From IMG/VR virus record IMGVR_UViG_3300024353_000008: a stretch of 20,000 bases of DNA; one strand, written 5' to 3'. Each line of letters begins with the position of its first letter. Positions within the stretch are counted from its first letter, which is position 1. A program made the position numbers and the translations under genes. The notes beneath the pieces were generated by a model, which made no database searches, was not told the origin of the DNA, and saw nothing but the letters and a program-made list of their open reading frames with translations. The stretch is from an uncultured virus (IMG/VR IMGVR_UViG_3300024353_000008) (Duplodnaviria; Heunggongvirae; Uroviricota; Caudoviricetes). Shown piece after piece: positions 1-7,168 of the stretch.

Positions 1-2
1 AG

Positions 3-50
3 GAAGGGACGTTCAACTGGTGGACTAGCATTCTTGTAAAACAACACTGA
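3..50 (+). CDS. 3' end of an upstream gene (partial, ...EGTFNWWTSILVKQH*)
   Basis: Open frame from the window edge to TGA at 48-50, followed directly by the next ATG at 55/58. Confidence 0.45.
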   Translation, partial: EGTFNWWTSILVKQH

Positions 51-54
51 GGCT

Positions 55-360
55 ATGATGAATCAAGAAGTTGAGTGTATATTACTGGACGAAAATACGC
101 TAGAAGTCAATGGTAGCGTGAACGAGTGTGCTCGGATAAGAGAGAAGCCAGGAAATAGATTCTATGTATCATTCTATCATGACTTGTATCGACACTGGGC
201 CAACTGGGTAAAGATTGGCAAACCATTTCTTGCCAGGAGAACAAAGGACTATAGATTTAGTGGAGGTGCAAATAGCAGGTCACGGGCAATGAGAGACGAG
301 CGTGCAATGCGTTCAAATGCTGCTTGGTCACGTCGTACAGGTCGTTCGATGTACAGTTAG
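55..360 (+). CDS. Hypothetical protein with an Arg-rich C-terminus
   Basis: 101-aa ORF that fills the gap between the upstream stop and the GT2 start. GAGG lies upstream of the ATG. No recognisable motif. Confidence 0.6.
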   Translation: MMNQEVECILLDENTLEVNGSVNECARIREKPGNRFYVSFYHDLYRHWANWVKIGKPFLARRTKDYRFSGGANSRSRAMRDERAMRSNAAWSRRTGRSMYS

Positions 361-367
361 GATACAA

Positions 368-1156
368 ATGAAACTACATTCCCATCCTACCTTGCGAAAC
401 CAACGGGTGTTGCGAAGGACGACGAATAGACCTCCGTTAGTCATAGAGAACAGTCAAGCAGTTGTTGAACCTATCATCAATGCTGCTGACCTCGTGACCT
501 GCATCATCGTGAACTTTAAGACTGCTGAACTAACTGAGACTGCCTTGACCTCATTCTTACTACAGTATCCATTTGTGTCTGTTCTGCTAGTGGACAATGG
601 CTCTAGCGATGATTCTGCCCGCTACGTTAAAATAGCCGGCGATTCATTCAGTACAGTGACTACAATCCTTCATGACGAGAATATAGGTCACGGTCCCGCA
701 ATGCACAGAGCAATTCTACAAGCCACCACTCGTTATGTGTTCACTCTAGATTCTGATTGTGTTGTGGAGGAAGGTGGCTTTCTCGAAAGAATGATCAAGG
801 ATTTCCAATCGGACGATGGGCTCTATGCTCTTGGTTGGCTGAGAAAGGTCGATCCATTGATTGGCGTTCCTGTACCAGATAGAACGAGTAACTATCTTGA
901 GTACATCCATCCATCTGCTGCACTGTACGACCGGGAGAAGTATTTGCAACTGGCTCCGTTTCGACATACTGGTGCGCCTTGCACAGACAACATGCGAGAG
1001 GCAAAGAAGGCAGGATTCAAAATGCAGTCATTCCCGATTAGTCAGTACGTGGAACACTTGGAGGCAGGAACTAGGAGAATGTTTAAAGGTAAGTGGAATC
1101 CAAAAGTAGATGAGGAAGCAGGACCATGGGAGAAAGAAGGAAACTGGCCTATATAG
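368..1156 (+). CDS. Glycosyltransferase family 2 (GT-A fold) with a basic N-terminal leader
   Basis: Motifs CIIVNFKT, LLVDNGSSD, NIGHGPAM and YVFTLDSDC (DxD). Start placed at ATG 368 (AGGA upstream, no overlap with the previous ORF) rather than 302. Confidence 0.92.
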   Translation: MKLHSHPTLRNQRVLRRTTNRPPLVIENSQAVVEPIINAADLVTCIIVNFKTAELTETALTSFLLQYPFVSVLLVDNGSSDDSARYVKIAGDSFSTVTTILHDENIGHGPAMHRAILQATTRYVFTLDSDCVVEEGGFLERMIKDFQSDDGLYALGWLRKVDPLIGVPVPDRTSNYLEYIHPSAALYDREKYLQLAPFRHTGAPCTDNMREAKKAGFKMQSFPISQYVEHLEAGTRRMFKGKWNPKVDEEAGPWEKEGNWPI

Positions 1157-1163
1157 AAAAGTC

Positions 1164-1664
1164 ATGGAAATCATCATTCAGAGAAGGATTGAAGTTGATG
1201 ACAATGTTGCTGACGAGATTCGTTGGCTTAACTCTCAAGGAGTTGCTACTGAAGGCTCTTGCTCTGGTCATGGTAAAATGGCTCCCAATGCTGTAATTCG
1301 ACCATCTAGCAAGGATCGCGCCATTGAACTGGGTTATTTTCCTGTCTATGACGAAAGTACTTCTTTCTTCGTCATAGAGCTAAATGGAAATGAATTCGAT
1401 TGTCGATTCCCAGTGGAACTTGACGATGGCCGTGTCGCTCGATGTTGGGAAGCTCAGAGACAGCCTTATACTAACTGTGTTCTGAGTGCAGGACTTGTCA
1501 ATGGAATTGAACCTGATACTGTCTACTTGAGGATGGACAAAGAGAACGAAGAACCACTTACCTTGTTTTTGAGACCAGATGAGATGCAAGCACTTGCATG
1601 GCTACTGAATGGAACGTTGTGGTCACTTTGGACAACTAGAAATGGCAGAAGGATAAAAGTATGA
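1164..1664 (+). CDS. Hypothetical phage protein with an N-terminal TYW3-like motif (VDDNVADEIRWLNSQGVATEGSCSGHG)
   Basis: The D-x-LN-x-T-x-SCSGH pattern resembles the TYW3/Taw3 N-terminal motif. Start placed at ATG 1164, just after the GT2 stop. Confidence 0.6.
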   Translation: MEIIIQRRIEVDDNVADEIRWLNSQGVATEGSCSGHGKMAPNAVIRPSSKDRAIELGYFPVYDESTSFFVIELNGNEFDCRFPVELDDGRVARCWEAQRQPYTNCVLSAGLVNGIEPDTVYLRMDKENEEPLTLFLRPDEMQALAWLLNGTLWSLWTTRNGRRIKV

Positions 1665-1798
1665 TAACTAAACATTCACATCCAGTTCTCAGGCGACAAC
1701 CGCCACCGAGACAGAGTGTACCAAAGGTGATCGTGCAGGCAGAGAAGAAACTGACAAGGCCAATTGTAAGAAAAAAGCGAGTGGGATGTTGTGGATAG
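1661..1798 (+). CDS. Small basic peptide, 45 aa (MITKHSHPVLRRQPPPRQSVPKVIVQAEKKLTRPIVRKKRVGCCG); absent from the ORF track
   Basis: ATGA start/stop overlap with the previous gene, TAG 4 nt before the next ATG, so it fills the gap exactly. Its N-terminus resembles the GT2 leader. Confidence 0.75.
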   Translation: MITKHSHPVLRRQPPPRQSVPKVIVQAEKKLTRPIVRKKRVGCCG

Positions 1799-1802
1799 AA
1801 AT

Positions 1803-4800
1803 ATGAAAGTACTAATGCTACCTTCCCTCTCTGACTTTGGTGATCCAGGGTCAGAATCTGGAATCCGTCGAGTCGTAGAGGCATACGCGAAACACCTGCC
1901 GCAGTTCGGCGTGGAACTGGTCGAGAAAGGCCAATCGTATGACGTGATGGCTATACACGCGGGCTGCTATGAGCTTTATGCGCCAAATGAACGCCTTGTC
2001 GCTATCAGCCATGGGCTCTACTGGTCCGGGGATTACGATGCTCCGAGTTGGGAGCACAAGACTAATGCACGGGTAATTAGGTCTGTCCGATACGCCAGAG
2101 AAGTCACGGTTCCGTCACTTTGGGTCGCAGAGGCATTCCAGCGAGACATGCACTTTACTCCTCGTATCATCCCACATGGCATAGACTGGCAAGATTGGCA
2201 ACATGATTTCCAACCGGGTGACTATGTGCTATGGAACAAAAATCGTGATAAGGATGTTTGCTCGACCGATCCACTCTTTAGCTTGGCTTCACTGTTCCCA
2301 AACTGGCCTTTTGTAAGCACAATGCCAGTAGACCTACCGAATGTCCAAGTAACAGGAACCATTCCACATGCTCAGATGAAAGAAGTTGTACAGCGAGCTA
2401 ATGTGTATCTCAGTACCACGAAGGAAACTTTCGGAATTGGTGTCTTAGAGGCAATGGCTTCTGGTGTTCCAGTTCTTGGTTTCCGATATGGTGGGAATGT
2501 GGACCTGGTAGAACATGGTGTTTCTGGCTATCTGGCGGAACCAGGAAACATAGAGGACTTGGCAGAGGGATTGAGCTATTGCTTACAGCATCGAGATACA
2601 CTAAGTCAGAATGCGCGAGAGGCAGCCAAGGCTTGGGCGTGGGAGTCTGCTTGTGAGAAGTTGGCTGGTGTCTTCGAACTAGCGATGGTTGACGAACCTC
2701 CCACCGCTGCTATTGTCATCCCGACGTTCAACTATGGAGAGCTAGTCAATGGTGCAATCGAGAGTGCAGTAAACCAGACGTATACCGATCTTATTGACAT
2801 TATCGTAGTGGACGATGGATCAGAGGATGATACAGAACAACGTGTTAAGGAATGGCTAGAAAAAGATAGCAGGGTTAGTTATGTCAAGCAGTCGAATCAA
2901 GGTGTAGCAAACGCACGCAATACAGGGATTTCCAAGACTAACGCCAAGTTTATTACCTGTCTCGATGCGGATGATGAGATGGAACCTGCATTCCTTGAAA
3001 CCTTAGTCCCACATCTGGAAGCAGACAACTCGCTTGGATTGGTCTATAGTGGGATCAAGGTTCTAAGACTGCACAACAACGAATTGTTGGAGTTCGATAG
3101 TCCGTGGCCTCCTGATTGTGACTTTGATAAGCACATAGTAGGAGACTGCCAAGTACCCACTTGCAATGTCTTTCGTCGTAAAGCCTGGGAGCATCTTGGT
3201 GGATACAGACAACGTTATGCTCCTATCGGAATGGGAACAGAAGATGCAGAATTCTGGTTGAGAATTGGCGCGTCTGGATGGAGCATTAAACAGGTCACCA
3301 AAGAACCACTGTTCCGCTATCTGCTAGGCGGTCGGACGACAGGAGATCAGAGTTACAAGGAAGTCGATTGGCTGGAATGGCATCCATGGACCAGGGATGG
3401 TTGGCATCCGTTTGCATCTATCGCTACACCAGACAATCTTAGCCACGAGGTAAGACAATACGACGAGCCTGTCGTCTCTGTCATAGTCCCGGTTGGACCA
3501 GGGCACGAAAGGGATATAATTGATGCATTAGATAGCTTAGAGGCACAGACATTCCGAAAGTGGGAGGCTATTGTAGTAGACGACACCGGGTCCGACAAGC
3601 TAGACCTAACTGCATTTCCATTCGCTCGACTAGTCAAGACGCCAGGAAAGATGGGTGCTGGTTACGCTCGCAATCGAGGAGTTGAGATAGCAAGAGGACA
3701 GTTGCTTGACTTTCTCGACGCAGACGATTGGTTCTATCCTGATACACTATGGAGAAAGGTAGAAGTCTACTCAGCAGAGGGTGGTGACGTTGCTGTATAC
3801 GGAGACCATCATGGAATAGCCATTATCAGTGAGGACTATGCTCGGAAGATGAAGTCGAACAAGAAACTACTTCAGTACCGACCAGAAGATGGTTTCTCTT
3901 TGATTGCTTCATCTAACCTAGACTTTGATTGTCCCAGAGCAATCCAGCAGCCAAGCACGAATAGACAACCTTATATCTGGTGTGACATCTCAACTCTCAT
4001 TCCCAAGTCTTGGCACTTCGAGATAGGTGGATTCGATGAGAAGATGGAATCCTGGGAAGATTGGGACTACTGGATCAGAATGGCGCAGATAGGCAAATGT
4101 TTTACACACGTCAATGAACCATTTCTAGTCTATAGGTTCTACTCTGGCAATCGTAGATGGGCAGCCCACCCAGAACACGAGGAGGGTTTACAATTAGCGC
4201 AAAATCTGGTACAATATATGCAAGACAAGTATCGGAGAAATGACACGGGAGGTCCGTCTGTGTGTCGAGGATGTACGAAGAAAAGAGGCCCATCAGTGCA
4301 TGACAGTATGAGTAGACTATCAGCGACTAGAAATCAAAGAGCCAGTACTACTAGTGCACCAAGTGATAGTGACTTTGTAATGTGTGAGTACCAAGGACAA
4401 CCGCCAGGGAACCGAGGGAATCACGGTGTTGTGGGAATGACTGTGTTCCCTGCACCATTTGTGGGATTCAATATGAAGCGGACAAGCGAGGGTTATAGGA
4501 TTGACTATGGCTACTGGGGAGCAGGTGGTCAGTTCTATGTTCACCACGACGACATTGCTAAAACACCGAATCTCTTTCGTCCTGTCGAGCTAACCAAGAC
4601 CAACGTTCAGGCTGCACTTCCAAAACAGAGACGACCTGAACCTACTCCTCCTCCTGCACCGGTTGTGGTGAAACCTACGCCAGTCGAACAGGCTATTCCT
4701 GAACCACTTCCACAACCTGCACCAGAACCATCAGGGCCAAAGTCTGTTGCTCAGATTCTCAACGAGACGATTGGACCTGTGGCCGAAAAGGCCGAAAATG

Positions 4801-5054
4801 AAGAAGATGAACCGGTTACTCAAGAAGTAGCAGTCGCCTCGATGTTTACTGCGATTCTCGAATCGGGCGACTTGCAGAAACTCCCCGGTGTCAGTACAAC
4901 CATAGCTGAACAGATGGAGGGACAGGGAGTCCAGACTTTCCAAGACATTCTTGACTTGGGAGTTGATGGACTTTCTATCTATCCAGGCATTGGAGCAACG
5001 AGGGCACAAATCATCATTGACGCAATCAACGGACTAGCAGCAGGAACAATGTAA
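1803..5054 (+). CDS. Multidomain glycosyltransferase: GT4 (GT-B) + GT2 + GT2 + CxxC domain + Pro-rich linker + tandem helix-hairpin-helix
   Basis: GT4: ETFGIGVLEAMASGVP (E-x7-E). GT2 no.1 from ~2700: IVIPTFN, VVDDGS, ARNTG, CLDADD, EDAEFWLR. GT2 no.2 from ~3470: VSVIVP, VVDDTGS, ARNRG, FLDADD, GGFDE, WEDWDYWIR. Pro-rich segment ~4620-4740. HhH motifs LQKLPGVS and LSIYPGIG at ~4867-5030. Confidence 0.93.
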   Translation: MKVLMLPSLSDFGDPGSESGIRRVVEAYAKHLPQFGVELVEKGQSYDVMAIHAGCYELYAPNERLVAISHGLYWSGDYDAPSWEHKTNARVIRSVRYAREVTVPSLWVAEAFQRDMHFTPRIIPHGIDWQDWQHDFQPGDYVLWNKNRDKDVCSTDPLFSLASLFPNWPFVSTMPVDLPNVQVTGTIPHAQMKEVVQRANVYLSTTKETFGIGVLEAMASGVPVLGFRYGGNVDLVEHGVSGYLAEPGNIEDLAEGLSYCLQHRDTLSQNAREAAKAWAWESACEKLAGVFELAMVDEPPTAAIVIPTFNYGELVNGAIESAVNQTYTDLIDIIVVDDGSEDDTEQRVKEWLEKDSRVSYVKQSNQGVANARNTGISKTNAKFITCLDADDEMEPAFLETLVPHLEADNSLGLVYSGIKVLRLHNNELLEFDSPWPPDCDFDKHIVGDCQVPTCNVFRRKAWEHLGGYRQRYAPIGMGTEDAEFWLRIGASGWSIKQVTKEPLFRYLLGGRTTGDQSYKEVDWLEWHPWTRDGWHPFASIATPDNLSHEVRQYDEPVVSVIVPVGPGHERDIIDALDSLEAQTFRKWEAIVVDDTGSDKLDLTAFPFARLVKTPGKMGAGYARNRGVEIARGQLLDFLDADDWFYPDTLWRKVEVYSAEGGDVAVYGDHHGIAIISEDYARKMKSNKKLLQYRPEDGFSLIASSNLDFDCPRAIQQPSTNRQPYIWCDISTLIPKSWHFEIGGFDEKMESWEDWDYWIRMAQIGKCFTHVNEPFLVYRFYSGNRRWAAHPEHEEGLQLAQNLVQYMQDKYRRNDTGGPSVCRGCTKKRGPSVHDSMSRLSATRNQRASTTSAPSDSDFVMCEYQGQPPGNRGNHGVVGMTVFPAPFVGFNMKRTSEGYRIDYGYWGAGGQFYVHHDDIAKTPNLFRPVELTKTNVQAALPKQRRPEPTPPPAPVVVKPTPVEQAIPEPLPQPAPEPSGPKSVAQILNETIGPVAEKAENEEDEPVTQEVAVASMFTAILESGDLQKLPGVSTTIAEQMEGQGVQTFQDILDLGVDGLSIYPGIGATRAQIIIDAINGLAAGTM
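4247..4262 (+). promoter_or_regulatory. Candidate internal ribosome-binding site and in-frame GTG start inside the large GT gene
   Basis: GGGAGGT at 4247-4253, 6 nt before an in-frame GTG at 4260. It lies at the end of the second GT2 domain, and the product would begin MCRGCTKKRG. Confidence 0.55.
4779..4803 (+). repeat. Dispersed 25-bp direct repeat, copy 1 (GTGGCCGAAAAGGCCGAAAATGAAG)
   Basis: 24/25 identical to 19393-19417. Confidence 0.9.
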
Positions 5055-5078
5055 CAATCTGAATACAACAGCATAGCG

Positions 5079-5100
5079 GTCTGATTAGACTAGATCAGAC
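5079..5100. other. Short inverted repeat/hairpin directly upstream of the terminator
   Basis: GTCTGAT-8nt-ATCAGAC, perfect 7-bp arms. Confidence 0.6.
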
Positions 5101-5102
5101 TA

Positions 5103-5149
5103 AAAAAAGCAGTTCACCCGACCGGTGAAATCGGGTGGACTGCTTTTTT
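5103..5149. terminator. Intrinsic (Rho-independent) terminator, potentially bidirectional
   Basis: AAAAAAGCAGTTCACCCGA-CCGGTGAAA-TCGGGTGGACTGCTTTTTT: GC-rich stem with one G-U pair, flanked by an A-tract and a T-tract. Confidence 0.88.
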
Positions 5150-5165
5150 GCATGGAGAGCATTCA

Positions 5166-5552
5166 TTGGACATCAGCACAATCGAGATAGCGATACTCGT
5201 TCTTGCAGTTTGGAGACTATCGTCACTATTGGCGGACGAGGACGGACCGTTCGACTTCTTGGAGAAACTGAGGACTTGGTTCTGGATCAGAGAAAGGGAT
5301 GGAGAACGCTTGGTTGCTCCACCGCCAACTGATGGAAGAAGTATCATAGCGAGACTGTACATTACAACCAAAAAGACGCTAGCTGATGGAATGCTTTGCA
5401 GGTGGTGCAGCTCGGTATGGTTCGGAATAATCTTTACAGGTATCTACTTTATTTGGCCTGGTGTAACTTGGATTGCATTTCCATTTGCACTCAGCACACT
5501 TTCGATAATGGTTGATGCTGCAATTACGAACTGGTATAGAAAACGCAGATAA
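5166..5552 (+). CDS. DUF1360-like membrane protein
   Basis: LAVWRLSSLLADEDGPF and LCRWCSSVW motifs with hydrophobic helices. TTG start at 5166 with GGAG upstream; the ORF-track start at 5148 lies inside the terminator. Confidence 0.8.
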   Translation: MDISTIEIAILVLAVWRLSSLLADEDGPFDFLEKLRTWFWIRERDGERLVAPPPTDGRSIIARLYITTKKTLADGMLCRWCSSVWFGIIFTGIYFIWPGVTWIAFPFALSTLSIMVDAAITNWYRKRR

Positions 5553-6874
5553 TGACATTCGATATTGCGCAACCGCTACCGTACACATTACTATCGCTAC
5601 CAAGATATGCAAGTATCCTGGGTATCAATCCAGTACATTTCCAAAGAGCAACGGCAATCGACGTGTTTCCAGTAGCACAGAATGCATGCACTGATCTGTG
5701 GCCTAGACATTCCTGGCAGTACTCCGACCACGTAAGTCACGAGGATTTGTCACGGGCCATTTATGATGCAGAACAGGACATTGCACGAGAATTAGGTTGG
5801 TATCCCGCTCCTTGGTTTGTGAGCGAGGAAATCCAGAAGTGGCCGAGACATCATAGACCAGAAATGATCAGACATTGTGGTCAGAACGTTCGCGGGATGA
5901 GACTCAGTGTCGTTACCGACTTTGCCAAATTCATAGCAGGTGGTAGACGTGGAGTTGAGTTAGTTGGGACTGCGATGGTTGCAGGTGGGACTTTAACATA
6001 CTCAGACGAGGACGGAGACGGATTTGCAGAGCGAGCTACTATAGCGGTGCCAACCACTCTTGCCACAACTCAGGCAAAGAATATTAAAGTCTATTTTGCT
6101 GATGTGGACGGTGACCAAGAGTGGGAGATTCGTCAGGCGAATACCAAGACAGTTAGCGGTGGAACGTTCACTGCAACCTTTCCTTCATGGCTATTTATCA
6201 ACACGGACTTGCAGGCACAATATCCAACAGCTGACGGGTTTGGTGCAATTGATATAAGTTCAACGACTAACTACGTCACAAGCGTAGACGTGTACTGGGA
6301 ATACGTAGATGATACGGTTGACAGCGCAGAGTTCTATTGGGAGCCCTGTCCGGGTGGAGCGATTCTGTCAGGTGTCTGCTCGTGCGGTCAAGGAGAAAGT
6401 TGTGCGGCTTGCGCGTATACAACGCAGGGCGGTTGTCTACACGCGAGAGACCCGGAACTTGGAATAGCCGTCCCACAACCTGCTACCTACGATTCAGATG
6501 AGAACCAGTGGACGATAGATACTTACCAAGCATGCAGAGACCCGGAGTTTGTCAAACTCTGGTACTATGCAGGAGAGATCGAGGACAGGTTTCTGAATGG
6601 GAGACTGCTCGACCCGCTTTCCAATTACTGGGCACAGGCAATAGCGTGGTACGCGACGACGAAACTGGAAAGACCATTCTGTTCTTGCGGAAATGTGCAA
6701 GCACTTGGCGAACGATTGAGACAAGACTTGGCTTTCACGGGAACTGATACAGCATACCAAGTTGATCCAGAAGTACTCAGTAATCCGTTCGGGACACAAC
6801 GTGGTGCAGTAATGGCTTGGCAAAGAGTAATGAGGTTCGCCAGGCATAGACGTTCACAACCAGGACTAGTGTGA
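5552..6874 (+). CDS. Putative head-tail adaptor/neck protein, Cys-rich
   Basis: Position before the tail tube gene. The helical N-terminus (LSRAIYDAEQDIARELG) and C-terminus (AQAIAWYA...NPFG...AW) flank a beta-rich insert, as in enlarged gp15/gp6-like adaptors. Function is inferred. Confidence 0.55.
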   Translation: MTFDIAQPLPYTLLSLPRYASILGINPVHFQRATAIDVFPVAQNACTDLWPRHSWQYSDHVSHEDLSRAIYDAEQDIARELGWYPAPWFVSEEIQKWPRHHRPEMIRHCGQNVRGMRLSVVTDFAKFIAGGRRGVELVGTAMVAGGTLTYSDEDGDGFAERATIAVPTTLATTQAKNIKVYFADVDGDQEWEIRQANTKTVSGGTFTATFPSWLFINTDLQAQYPTADGFGAIDISSTTNYVTSVDVYWEYVDDTVDSAEFYWEPCPGGAILSGVCSCGQGESCAACAYTTQGGCLHARDPELGIAVPQPATYDSDENQWTIDTYQACRDPEFVKLWYYAGEIEDRFLNGRLLDPLSNYWAQAIAWYATTKLERPFCSCGNVQALGERLRQDLAFTGTDTAYQVDPEVLSNPFGTQRGAVMAWQRVMRFARHRRSQPGLV

Positions 6875-6883
6875 GGAGCGAGC

Positions 6884-7159
6884 ATGAAACAAGTTGAATG
6901 GATAGACGAGAATGGCTGGAAACATCTGTCATTGATCAGGGATAATGATCCAGACGAAATGGCTCCTCACGGGATCAAGAGTGACCCGCCAGACATCGGG
7001 CAACTAGACTGGGATCAGATCAAGAAGGAACTGCACAACTCGCTGGTCAATCGTCGTCTGGTAAGTTGGACAGATGTACAACAGCAACGTGAAGGACTAA
7101 AAGGAGCGATACTAGGTACGCTCCGACGTAGGATCGTAAATCTGTACAAAAATAAGTAG
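6884..7159 (+). CDS. Hypothetical phage protein (91 aa)
   Basis: GAGGAG RBS; fits the operon spacing. Confidence 0.8.
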   Translation: MKQVEWIDENGWKHLSLIRDNDPDEMAPHGIKSDPPDIGQLDWDQIKKELHNSLVNRRLVSWTDVQQQREGLKGAILGTLRRRIVNLYKNK

Positions 7160-7168
7160 GAGGACATT

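Noticed and set aside
302..367. ORF-track starts at 302, 1110, 1791, 5148, 9136 and 18353
   Set aside because: They overlap upstream genes or the terminator and lack an RBS; downstream starts (368, 1164, 1803, 5166, frameshift entry, 18386) fit better.
1771..1806. A_AAA_AAG as a classic -1 frameshift into the large GT
   Set aside because: The -1 frame stops at TGA 1804-1806 and is not the GT frame.
4765..4805. GGCC-GAAAA-GGCC-GAAA resembles stem II plus GAAA of a hammerhead ribozyme (also at 19393-19417)
   Set aside because: The required CUGANGA core is absent upstream of both copies, and no stems I/III are evident. Twister and pistol consensus elements were also not found by eye.
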